Made by a program: the position numbers and the translations under genes
In this document: positions 30,000 through 38,539 of the stretch, piece by piece
Layout: each line of letters starts with the position of its first letter
Numbering within the stretch: the first letter of the stretch is position 1
Notes under the pieces: generated by a model
Seen by the model: only the letters and a program-made list of their open reading frames with translations
Database searches by the model: none
Told to the model about the DNA's origin: nothing
Origin: Rhodospirillales bacterium
GTDB lineage: Bacteria > Pseudomonadota > Alphaproteobacteria > Kiloniellales > JAKSDN01
DNA: 58,925 nt
Direction: 5' to 3'
Assembly: GCA_029859805.1 (NCBI GenBank)
Contig: JAOUCL010000002.1
Location: 1 to 58,925, forward strand

Positions 30000-31985
30000 C
30001 TAAAGGTCCAAGCCCAGCTTCCGGCCCTCGTAGGTCGCGGTGTGGGCACGGCGCGGGGCGAGGGCGTCGCCGATAATGTGCAGCTCCAGGCCCGAGTCCG
30101 CGAGCTCCTCGGCCAGCGTGGTCTCGGCGACGTTTGCGGTGGCGAGCACCAGGGCGTCGGCCGCAACCCGCTCTTCGCCGCCGTCGAGCAGGCTGCGGAC
30201 CGTGGCGCCGTCGCCGTGCCATTCGGTGACCGCGGACTCGGTCCGCATGGTCACGCCCAGCTGCTTCAGCTTGGCGCGCAGCGGGATGTCGGCGGCGGTG
30301 CGCTCCAGCTCCCTGCCGGCCATGGCGTGGGGCGTCACCAGGGTGACCTCGTGGCCCTGCTCGGCCAAGTGCCAGGCGGTGCCGCAGCCGGCCCAGTGGC
30401 CGGTATCGTCGAGCAGGACCACCCGCTTGCCGGGCCGGGCCGCGCGGGACATGACCTCCTCGACCGACCAGACGTTGGGCCGTTCGGCGCCCGGCAGCCG
30501 GTCGTTCTGGGGCAGCGCCCGCTGGAAGCCCGTGCCCGACGGCTGCGAACCGGTGGCGAGCACCACGGCGTCGGCCCCGAGGGCCCTGACCTCCTCGGCC
30601 TCCAGGGGCGAATTGAAGCGGACCTGGACCTGGAGGCGCTCCAGCTGTCCGCGATACCACTCGATCAGGTCGAGGATCTGGGCGCGGCGCGGCTGCAGGC
30701 CAGCTAGGCGGAACTGCCCGCCCAGCTCGCCCGAGGCCTCGGCCAGGGTCACCCGGTGGCCGCGCTCGGCGGCAACCCGCGCGGCCTCGAGCCCGGCCGG
30801 CCCGCCGCCCACCACCAGGACGTCGCGCGGTGTCCCGGCCGGCTGGAAGCGGTCGCCGCCCCACTCGAACTCCCGGCCGCTGGAGGGATTGACCAGGCAG
30901 GAGATCCAGTAGTCCCGGAAGCGCCGGCCCCAGCACATCTGGTTGCAGGAGATGCAGGGCCGGATGTCCTCGGGGCGGTCCGCGCCGGCCTTGGCGGCCA
31001 GGTGCGGGTCGGCGATCTGGCCGCGCACCAGGCTCACCATGTCGGCCTGGCCCGAAGCGATCACGACCTCCGCGTTCTCCGGCGTGCGGATGTGGCTCTC
31101 GGCCTGGACCTTGGCGTGCGTGACCGCCTGCTTCAGGCCCTCGGCGAAGGGCGCGCCCAGCTTGTCGGCATAGAGCACGGTCGGCATCAGCGGCGAGAAG
31201 TCGAAGTAGCTTCCGGTGCCGCAGGTGACGTAGTCCATCAGCCCGCGCGCGTCGTGCCAGGCGACGACCTCCGAAAGCGCGTCGAGCGACAGCATGACCT
31301 CGGTGCCCGGGTCCATGGAGACCGCGAGGCCGATGATGAAATCCTCGCCGACGAGCGCCCGGATGCGCCCGATGATCTCGCTGGAAAAGCGCATGCGGTT
31401 CTCGAAGCTGCCGCCCCAGCGGTCCTCGCGCCGGTTCGACCAGGGCGTCCAGAACTGGTCGATCAGGGCGTTGTAGGCGGCGAACAGCTCCACCCCGTCG
31501 AAGCCGGACTCCTTGGCGCGCCGGGCGGCCTGGGCGAAGGCCTCGATGACCTCGGCGATCTCGGCCTCGGTCATGGCGTGGCTGCCGTCGCAGTCGTGGT
31601 AGGACGGCAGGCCCGAGGGCGACCAGCTGGGCTCGAAGGAGTTGTCCCAGTCGCCGTGCTGGCCGACGTGGTAGATCTGCTGGATCATTACCGTGCCGTG
31701 CTCGTGGCAGGCGTCGGTGATGGCCCGGAAATGGGGAATGATCGAATCGTCCTCGTGACGGAAATTGCCGCGGGTCAGCACGCCGGTGCGGTGCGCCGGC
31801 ACCGGCTCGACCACGATCATGGCCGCCCCGCCCCGCGCGCGCTCGAGATAGTAGCCCAGGTGCCGCGCGCCGGGCAGGCCGGCCTCGGCCATGTTGGCGG
31901 TGTGGGCGCCGAAGTTGAGCCGATGCTTCAGCGTCTTGTGCCGCAGCCGCAGCGGCTGGAACAGATGTGGAAAGAGCTCGGACAT
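30000..31985 (-). CDS. NADH:flavin oxidoreductase (OYE barrel, 4Fe-4S, FAD/ADP domain; TMADH/DgcA-like)
   Basis: LFQPLRL, ERARGG, GFDGVEL, NRREDRWGGSFENRMRF, CISCNQMC...CLVNP, VVGGGPAGLEAA; start at MSELFP. Confidence 0.9.
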   Translation of the reverse strand: MSELFPHLFQPLRLRHKTLKHRLNFGAHTANMAEAGLPGARHLGYYLERARGGAAMIVVEPVPAHRTGVLTRGNFRHEDDSIIPHFRAITDACHEHGTVMIQQIYHVGQHGDWDNSFEPSWSPSGLPSYHDCDGSHAMTEAEIAEVIEAFAQAARRAKESGFDGVELFAAYNALIDQFWTPWSNRREDRWGGSFENRMRFSSEIIGRIRALVGEDFIIGLAVSMDPGTEVMLSLDALSEVVAWHDARGLMDYVTCGTGSYFDFSPLMPTVLYADKLGAPFAEGLKQAVTHAKVQAESHIRTPENAEVVIASGQADMVSLVRGQIADPHLAAKAGADRPEDIRPCISCNQMCWGRRFRDYWISCLVNPSSGREFEWGGDRFQPAGTPRDVLVVGGGPAGLEAARVAAERGHRVTLAEASGELGGQFRLAGLQPRRAQILDLIEWYRGQLERLQVQVRFNSPLEAEEVRALGADAVVLATGSQPSGTGFQRALPQNDRLPGAERPNVWSVEEVMSRAARPGKRVVLLDDTGHWAGCGTAWHLAEQGHEVTLVTPHAMAGRELERTAADIPLRAKLKQLGVTMRTESAVTEWHGDGATVRSLLDGGEERVAADALVLATANVAETTLAEELADSGLELHIIGDALAPRRAHTATYEGRKLGLDL

Positions 31986-32124
31986 GGCCCCCGCGTCTCC
32001 CTTCGACCGGAAGGGCAGGTTAGACCGGCAAGGCAGCAGCCACAATCGTGCGAGCGCCGCCTTCGGCTGACAGATCGGCACTCGCGCCCCGGCCGGAGTC
32101 CGTTGGATGGCCGGGCGGCCCACG

Positions 32125-32151
32125 AAAAAACGGGGGGCGCCGGCCCCCCGT
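32125..32151 (-). terminator. Rho-independent terminator after the family-5 binding protein gene
   Basis: Minus strand ACGGGGGGC-CGGC-GCCCCCCGT followed by TTTTT. Confidence 0.75.
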
Positions 32152-32179
32152 CTCTCCTCGCCGCGCGAGTGTCGTGCGG

Positions 32180-33832
32180 TCAGCCGACCCACACCTTGTT
32201 GAGTTGGTGGTAGATGGTCGGGTGCATCTGGAAGCCGTGCACCTTCTTGCTGCCCGCCGTGAAGACCGAGCGCCACAGCGGCTGGCTGATGACGGCGTCG
32301 TCCTGCAGGATCTTCTCGACCTTCTCCATCTTCTTGCGCCGCTCGGCGACGTCGAGCGTGCCGCCCGCGTCGTCCAGCGCCTTGTCGAAGTCCGGATTGG
32401 CGTAGTTGCTCTCGTTCCAGGGCACGCCCGAACGGTAGCCGAGGTTCAGCACCATGACGCCCAGCGGCCGGTGGGTCCAGCCGGTCATGCCGAAGGGCGT
32501 TTTGTCCCAGACTTCCCAGTAGCGACTGCCCGGCATCACGTTGATGGTGACGTCGATGCCGGCCTGCTTCCACATCTGCACCATGGCCTGAACCGCGTCG
32601 ACCTCCCACTTCTGGTCGTTGTTGGTGTCGATGGAGAGGCCCGTGGGACTGCCGGCCGCCTTGTAGAGCGCCCTGGCCTTCTCGATTTCCGGCTTCATTT
32701 TCGGCAGCTGGAAGAACTCGGGGTGGATCGGCGAGACGTGATGGTCCTCCGCCACCACGCCCCTGCCCCGGTAGGCCAGCTCGAGCACCCTTTCGTGGTC
32801 GATGCAGGCCTGCAGCGCCTGCCTGAGCTGCTTGTTGTCGTAGGGCTTCTCGCTGACCCGCATGCGCGCCACGGCGGTCTGGGCCGTGACCGCCTCGAAG
32901 AGCTGTGCGTTCGGCAGTTTCTTGATCACGTCGAGCTGGTCGACGTAGAGCTCGTAGATCAGATCGACCTGCCCGGAAGCCAAGGCCGCCACGTGCGCGG
33001 CGCGCTCGTCACCCATCTCGATGTACTGGATCTGGTCGAGGCTCACGTCGCCGCCCCAGTAGCCCTTGCGCTTGCTCAGAACCGCGATGTCGCCGACCCC
33101 AAACTTGGTCAGCTCGTAAGGGCCGGTGCCGATCGGGTTCTTGGACAGGTCGCCGCCCTCCTCGGAGAAGCGCCGGTGAACGATGGCGGTCGGGTAGTTG
33201 TACAGGTTCTCCGGGATCGACAGCTCCGGTCGGTTCAAGTTCAGCCGGACGGTATGATCGTCGACCTTCTCGACGGCACCGGCCGTCATGCTCTTCTTGC
33301 CGTCCGCGCCTTCATCGGTCATGGCGGCGAACAGGCCGATGTTTGACGAGCCCGTGGCCGGGTTCAGCCAGCGTTCGAAGTTGAAGACCACGTCGTCGGC
33401 GCCGAAGTCGTCGCCGTTGTTCCACTTGACGCCCTTGCGCAGGTTCAAGGTCCAGGTCTTGAGGTCGTCCGAGGCCTCCCAGCTCTCGGCCAGATAGGGC
33501 CGGGTGATGTTGTCGGGACCGGTGATGGTCAGGTACTCGACGACCTGCCGGGAGACGTTGGACTTCGGAATCCAGTCGAAGGTCGACGGATCCGTCATCT
33601 CCTGGACCCGCGTGGCGACCTTGAGCACGCCACCCTTGCCGGTCGCCGCCTGCGCGGCCGGCGCGAAGGGTTTGCCGGTGATCTTGCCGGCCATGGCATA
33701 GGCCGCCCCGGCGGAGAGGCCGAGCATCGTAGCCGTGTGCAGGAACTCGCGGCGGGTAACGTTCTCCCGCCTGAGCTCCTCGGCGAGCTCGGGAATGTAG
33801 GGATGCGGATAGCGCTTTCTCGTGTGAGCCAT
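32180..33832 (-). CDS. ABC transporter substrate-binding protein, family 5 (Dpp/Opp-like), Tat signal; no permease nearby
   Basis: [50 protein letters not shown]. Confidence 0.9.
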   Translation of the reverse strand: MAHTRKRYPHPYIPELAEELRRENVTRREFLHTATMLGLSAGAAYAMAGKITGKPFAPAAQAATGKGGVLKVATRVQEMTDPSTFDWIPKSNVSRQVVEYLTITGPDNITRPYLAESWEASDDLKTWTLNLRKGVKWNNGDDFGADDVVFNFERWLNPATGSSNIGLFAAMTDEGADGKKSMTAGAVEKVDDHTVRLNLNRPELSIPENLYNYPTAIVHRRFSEEGGDLSKNPIGTGPYELTKFGVGDIAVLSKRKGYWGGDVSLDQIQYIEMGDERAAHVAALASGQVDLIYELYVDQLDVIKKLPNAQLFEAVTAQTAVARMRVSEKPYDNKQLRQALQACIDHERVLELAYRGRGVVAEDHHVSPIHPEFFQLPKMKPEIEKARALYKAAGSPTGLSIDTNNDQKWEVDAVQAMVQMWKQAGIDVTINVMPGSRYWEVWDKTPFGMTGWTHRPLGVMVLNLGYRSGVPWNESNYANPDFDKALDDAGGTLDVAERRKKMEKVEKILQDDAVISQPLWRSVFTAGSKKVHGFQMHPTIYHQLNKVWVG

Positions 33833-34043
33833 GTCGGGCAGTCCTCTCTTCCTGTTCGATGGTTTCTTGGTTTCTGGTCCGCGGCCGTCGTTCCGGCCGA
33901 AGACCCCTGTCTCCGCGCCGCCGCCGGCCGCGCCTGCGGGAGCATGCCCCGAAACGCTTCGACAGGTCAAACCCGCCCCGGCCCTCCCAGAAATCCTTGC
34001 AAAGCCGGAGCGGGTCGAAAACCGGCTGGCGCGACTGGCCGGC

Positions 34044-35060
34044 TTAGAATTCCGTCTCCCTCACCACTTGAGACCGCCTCCCTCGCAGCGACACGATACG
34101 CTCTACATCGACCGGCTCGTTCTCGGGCAGCGGCATGTCTCCTTTCCGGGCGCCGGTTTCGGACACCGTCTTCAGCTTGGCCAAGACCTCGGCGCCTCGT
34201 AGCGCCTTGGCATCCCCGCCGTAATAGTCGAACCAAGGCAACCCGGCCCTCGTGTAATCGGCCGCCGTCGGCGGCGTGGTCGGCGGCCGCTCGCCGGTGA
34301 TGGCCGCCCAGACGGTCGAATTGGCGATCGTCACGAAGCAGCGGCTGAAATGATCCTGATCCCAGGCATCCAGCCCGAAAGGGTCGTCATAGATTTGCTG
34401 CCTCATTCTGCCGCCCGGCGCGAGGCCCATGTCTTCGGATCCTTGGGAGATTCTCGTGCCCTCGAATGCCCCGGCCATATCGAATGCAGAGCTTATAGTG
34501 CGAAACCTCTTCCGCATCTCCTCGTAGCGCTCTGCCTTCATCGGGTAGACGATGATCTGAAGGCCACCGTGCTCCGCCTTCCCCGTGATCTGCTCCTCGG
34601 CCGAATAGCCCTCGCCCAGCGGCATGGCAATGAACTGCCGGATCACGCCCTCCTCTACGCAATAGCCGTCCAACCACGGCTGCTCCGGGAGCACGAGATA
34701 GTCCTGCGGATCGCCGTTCAGCTGCTCGACCCACGATTTTCCCGTGACAGCATCGATCTTGCCGGTGGCGACTTTCACGGCGCAGGGATAGTGCCCGTAC
34801 CCCCCGCCGAACGACAACCACATGGCCTCGGCTTGGTGCATGGGCATGATCACGCCGCCCCGCTTGACCCAGGTCTCCGGGACCCGCCCTGCGAAGTCGT
34901 CCAGATGTCGCAGCGGGAAACGCCCCAGCCCCGGCGGCAAGGGGTAGTCGTTTTCGTCGTCGGGAATGCGCAGGGTCCGTTGGAAGCTGATCCCGCAACC
35001 TGCGTCCCCGTGAACCTCGGCAAATCGAAAATCCAGCCGGTTTCTTGCCAGTGTAATCAT
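34044..35060 (-). CDS. Conserved hypothetical protein ([10 protein letters not shown]...QPWLDG...GLPWFDYY)
   Basis: 338 aa; AGGAGG ribosome-binding site; dense motif-like blocks; 15 nt downstream of the XRE gene. Confidence 0.85.
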   Translation of the reverse strand: MITLARNRLDFRFAEVHGDAGCGISFQRTLRIPDDENDYPLPPGLGRFPLRHLDDFAGRVPETWVKRGGVIMPMHQAEAMWLSFGGGYGHYPCAVKVATGKIDAVTGKSWVEQLNGDPQDYLVLPEQPWLDGYCVEEGVIRQFIAMPLGEGYSAEEQITGKAEHGGLQIIVYPMKAERYEEMRKRFRTISSAFDMAGAFEGTRISQGSEDMGLAPGGRMRQQIYDDPFGLDAWDQDHFSRCFVTIANSTVWAAITGERPPTTPPTAADYTRAGLPWFDYYGGDAKALRGAEVLAKLKTVSETGARKGDMPLPENEPVDVERIVSLRGRRSQVVRETEF

Positions 35061-35075
35061 TCCTAGGCATCCTCC

Positions 35076-35429
35076 TTACCAGTCGCCGTCCCTCACTTCG
35101 CGCACCACCGTGAGAATCGCGTGGTCGGGCGCCTGCTTGAGCTGCCGGAGCAGATCGGCAAACAGCTTCGGCCGCTTGCGGATGATCGCCTGCAGGTCGC
35201 TCGACACCTTCCCTGCCATGGCCAGCAGGACATCGGGATCCTCGCCCAGTTCGCCCGCCAGCCGGAGCGTCGTGGCCTCGGACGGCGGCTGAAGATCGCC
35301 CCGCTCGATCTTGCTCAGATACGCGGGCTCGATCCCGACCCTCTGCGCCACCTGACGCAGGGAATACCTGCGATCCGTCTTGCGGAGCGCCTCGCGACGC
35401 TGCCGCAGGTGGTCGCCGAAATGTGTCAT
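35076..35429 (-). CDS. XRE-family helix-turn-helix transcriptional regulator
   Basis: FGDHLRQRRE...SLRQVAQRVGIEPAYLSKIERG...PPSE. Confidence 0.9.
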   Translation of the reverse strand: MTHFGDHLRQRREALRKTDRRYSLRQVAQRVGIEPAYLSKIERGDLQPPSEATTLRLAGELGEDPDVLLAMAGKVSSDLQAIIRKRPKLFADLLRQLKQAPDHAILTVVREVRDGDW

Positions 35430-35435
35430 GTATCG

Positions 35436-35464
35436 TATATACTACACATTTGACTTTCTGTCAA
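35436..35464 (-). promoter_or_regulatory. Putative leaderless sigma-70 promoter with an overlapping palindromic operator
   Basis: Minus strand TTGACA-N17-TATATA-N6-ATG; inverted repeat TTGAC-TTTCT-GTCAA (35450-35464) over the -35; no Shine-Dalgarno sequence. Confidence 0.55.
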
Positions 35465-35555
35465 TGGAACCTTGTGCTGCAAGACAAAGGGATACTCGAC
35501 GTCTGACCAGGCCGGCCCGAGCGCGACCGTCAGATCCGCCTAGTGCCTAGCGAAA

Positions 35556-35654
35556 AAAAAGGTTTCAGGAACCCTTTATCAATTAATAAGATATTATTTT
35601 CAATATGATGTATCCACAAAAAGAACCTGCGAAAAAGGTTCCTGACACCTTTTT
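35556..35654. repeat. REP doublet C (same family as A and B)
   Basis: AAAAAGGTTTCAGGAACCCTTT, 54-nt AT-rich spacer, inverted AAAAAGGTTCCTGACACCTTTTT (35632-35654). Confidence 0.88.
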
Positions 35655-35713
35655 CCACTCCTACATGTTTGACGAGGCCGGTTCGACCGCGGCTCCCAAG
35701 GTCAGCCTACCCC

Positions 35714-37756
35714 CTAGAAATCCTTGCACAGCCGGAGCGCGTCGTAGATCGCGGCATGGATGTTGCGCGAGGCGACCGCGTCGCCGATGCGGTAGAGCCG
35801 GTAGCGGCCCTCGGGGTTGCTCGCGATCGCCTGCGGCCGGCCGGCGATCAGCGCCTGGTAGTCGACCTCGCCGCGGTTGACCGAGCCCTCCTTGAGCGCG
35901 AAGTAGAGCTCGTCCAGGGGCAAGGTGCCGTGCTCGACCACGACCTGGTCGACCAGCCGCTCGGCGCCCGTCTCCGTGTAGTCGCTGCCCAGGACCGCCG
36001 CCAGCTTGTTGCCCTCGCGCCGCACCGAGACCAGCCGCGTGTTGATGGTGATCGTGACGCCATGCTCCTGAAAGCACTGGGCGTAGGCGACGTGGTTGAG
36101 GCCGCCGATCTCGGGCGCGAAGAAGCGCTCGGGGGTGACGATCTCGAGCCTGGCCCCCGCCTCGGCCAGGACCTCGGCCGCCTGCATCGCGGGATGGGCG
36201 CCGTTGTCGTCGTAGAGCAGCACCTCGGCGGCCGGCTTCGCGTCGCCCGAGAGGATGTCCCAACTGCTCGCCACCAGGTCCGCGCCGGCCTCCAGGAAGC
36301 CCGTGTTGGGCAGGCCGCCGGTCGCGACCGCCACGATGTCCGGGTCCTCGGCCAGCACGTCCTCGGCCTCGGCCCAGGTGTTGAAGCGCAGGGAAACCCC
36401 CAGCGCCTGGCAGCGCTCGGCGCGCCAGTCCGCGATGCCGATGAACTCGCTGCGCCGGCGCAGGCGGGCGGCCAGGCGCACCTGCCCGCCGGGCTGGTCG
36501 GCCGCCTCGAACAGCACCACCTCGTGGCCGCGCTCGGCCGAGACCCGCGCGGCCTCGAGGCCGGCCGGGCCGGCGCCAACGACGACGACCTTGCGGGCCG
36601 GGCCCTCGGCGCGGGCGATCATATGCGGCATGGTCGCCTCGCGGCCGGTCGCCGGGTTGTGGATGCACAGGGTCTCGTGGCCCTCGTAGATGCGGTCCAG
36701 GCAGTAGGTCGCGCCGACGCAGGGGCGGATCTCCTGCTCGCGCCCCTCGGCCACCTTCAGCGCGATATGCGGGTCGGCGATGTGGGCGCGGGTCATGCCG
36801 ACCATGTCGAGCTTGCCCTCGGCGATCGCGTAGCGGGCCGTCGCCACGTCGGCGATGCGCGCGGCGTGGAACACCGGGAAGCCGGTCTCGGCGCGGACCT
36901 CGCCGGTGAAGTCGAGGTGCGGCGCGGCGGGCGTGCCGTGGATCGGGATGACCTTGGAGAGCGCGGCGTCGGTCTCGATGTGGCCGCGGATGACGTTGAG
37001 GAAGTCGATCTGGCCCGTGGCGACCAGACGCCGGGCGATCTCGACCCCCTCCTCGCGCGACAGCCCCTTGTCCCAGTCCTCGTCCACGACCAGGCGCAGG
37101 CCCATGATGAGCTCCGGGCCGACCGCCGCGCGGATCGCGTCGAGCACCCGGTAGGTGAAGCGCAGACGGTTGTCGAGGCTGCCGCCGTAGTCGTCGCCGC
37201 GCCGGTTCGTCGCGGGCGACCAGAAGCTGTCGATGAGGTGGCCGTAGCACTCGAGCTCGATGCCGTCGAGCCCCGCCGCCGCCATACGCTGGGCGGCCGC
37301 CGCATAGCCCTTGACGATGCGCTCGATGTCCCAGTCCTCGGCCTCCTTGGGAAAGGCCCGGTGCGCCGGCTCGCGCACCGGCGAGGCGGAGAGCACCGGC
37401 AGCCAGTCGGCCTTGTTCCAGTTGGTGCGCCGGCCGAGGTGGGTGAGCTGGATCATGACCGCGGCGCCGTGCGCGTGGCAGTCGTCGGTCAGGCGCCGAA
37501 GCCACGGGACGATCTCGTCCTTGTAGGCGTGGAGGTTACCGAAGGCCGCCGGCGAATCCTCGGCGACCAGCGCCGAGCCGGCCGTCATGGTGAGCGCGAT
37601 GCCGCCCTTCGCCTTCTCGAGGTGGTAGAGCCGGTAGCGCTCCTTGGGCAGGCCGTCTTCGGAGTAGGCCGGCTCGTGCGCCGTAGACATGATCCGGTTC
37701 TTGAGCGTCAGGTGCTTGAGCCGATAGGGCTGCAAGAGCGGATCGGTCTCGGCCAT
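35714..37756 (-). CDS. NADH:flavin oxidoreductase, N-methylproline/dimethylglycine demethylase-like (StcD/HpbA/DgcA type)
   Basis: DPLLQPYRLKHLTLKNRIMSTAHEPAY, QLTHLGRRT, ELECYGHL, CVGATYCLDRIY...CIHNPATGRE, RIGDAVASRNIHAAIYDALRL. Confidence 0.88.
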   Translation of the reverse strand: MAETDPLLQPYRLKHLTLKNRIMSTAHEPAYSEDGLPKERYRLYHLEKAKGGIALTMTAGSALVAEDSPAAFGNLHAYKDEIVPWLRRLTDDCHAHGAAVMIQLTHLGRRTNWNKADWLPVLSASPVREPAHRAFPKEAEDWDIERIVKGYAAAAQRMAAAGLDGIELECYGHLIDSFWSPATNRRGDDYGGSLDNRLRFTYRVLDAIRAAVGPELIMGLRLVVDEDWDKGLSREEGVEIARRLVATGQIDFLNVIRGHIETDAALSKVIPIHGTPAAPHLDFTGEVRAETGFPVFHAARIADVATARYAIAEGKLDMVGMTRAHIADPHIALKVAEGREQEIRPCVGATYCLDRIYEGHETLCIHNPATGREATMPHMIARAEGPARKVVVVGAGPAGLEAARVSAERGHEVVLFEAADQPGGQVRLAARLRRRSEFIGIADWRAERCQALGVSLRFNTWAEAEDVLAEDPDIVAVATGGLPNTGFLEAGADLVASSWDILSGDAKPAAEVLLYDDNGAHPAMQAAEVLAEAGARLEIVTPERFFAPEIGGLNHVAYAQCFQEHGVTITINTRLVSVRREGNKLAAVLGSDYTETGAERLVDQVVVEHGTLPLDELYFALKEGSVNRGEVDYQALIAGRPQAIASNPEGRYRLYRIGDAVASRNIHAAIYDALRLCKDF

Positions 37757-37930
37757 GGTCTCTCTCCCCGGATTCCCTGGGCCCCCCCGCCTCCGGCCCG
37801 TTTCGCCTCCTCGTAGTCGAACCGCCTTGGGGGCCCCAGGTCAATGCCGAAAAGGCGGGGAACGCCTATTTCGACCTCCGCGGAGTTCGCGGCCTGAGCG
37901 ACGGATGACGCTGCGATCACGCCCTTCGTG

Positions 37931-37957
37931 GTTAACTGTCGGTTAACTTGTGGTTAA
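37931..37957. promoter_or_regulatory. Triple CtrA-type box
   Basis: GTTAA-CTGTCGG-TTAA-CTTGTGG-TTAA, about 48 nt upstream of the small secreted protein. Confidence 0.7.
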
Positions 37958-38004
37958 ATCACGGGGCGCGGTTCGAACCGGCGCGCAGATATGGGGAAAC
38001 GGGT

Positions 38005-38232
38005 ATGAAGAAGGTGGCCTACGCCTTGGCCGGCGCGGTGATCGCGGCCTTCGCCGCGGGATCCGTCCGGGCCGCTTCGACCTCGACCGAGCTCTCGGTC
38101 AGGGTGACTGTCGTCCCGCCCGGCTCCCTCGGCGGCGGCCCCGGCGGCCCGTCCGCCGAGCCGGCCCGGACCACTTCGGAACAGCCCGCCACGGCCCCAC
38201 CGCCGCAGGACGCAGCGCCGCCCGCCAAATGA
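38005..38232 (+). CDS. Small secreted protein (75 aa)
   Basis: Signal peptide MKKVAYALAGAVIAAFAAGSVRA, beta-strand TELSVRVTVV, Pro/Ala-rich tail. Confidence 0.65.
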   Translation: MKKVAYALAGAVIAAFAAGSVRAASTSTELSVRVTVVPPGSLGGGPGGPSAEPARTTSEQPATAPPPQDAAPPAK

Positions 38233-38270
38233 CCGGCCTTGCCCCGGCGAGGGTTTCGTTCGCCCGTCCA

Positions 38271-38412
38271 GGAACGAAGGTGTCAAGAATAAAGGTGTCA
38301 GCAACCTTTTCCCCGTGAGTTAATTAGTATTTTCAAGAAATTATATAACGAAGAGGATTCTGCGAAAAAAGTTCCTGACATCTTTTCTTCAGCGTGACAC
38401 TTTTCTTCAGCG
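38271..38412. repeat. REP doublet D with tandem duplications at both outer ends
   Basis: GGAACGAAGGTGTCA/AGAATAAAGGTGTCA then GCAACCTTTT, 54-nt spacer, AAAAAAGTTCC then TGACATCTTTTCTTCAGCG/TGACACTTTTCTTCAGCG. Confidence 0.88.
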
Positions 38413-38539
38413 TTGTGCCGGGGTCCGCCCTCCTCCAGGCGGGCGGGGGTTTCGGTTGGGTGCACGCCAAACAAGCGACAAACCCTCTGCGGAGGGCTAT
38501 GCTCGCTCCCCGGACGGCGCGGCAGGGGAGACAACGGCC

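Noticed and set aside
16176-32609. Apparent long N-terminal extensions or fusions (16176-17951, 22942-24714, 24718-26292, 30000-32609)
   Set aside because: The extensions are out-of-frame overlaps with neighbouring genes; internal ATGs mark where family similarity begins
26539-38412. Palindromic repeats with unique spacers read as a CRISPR array
   Set aside because: Repeats occur only as inverted pairs at four separate loci, spacers C and D are related to each other, there are no cas genes, and a RAYT is adjacent
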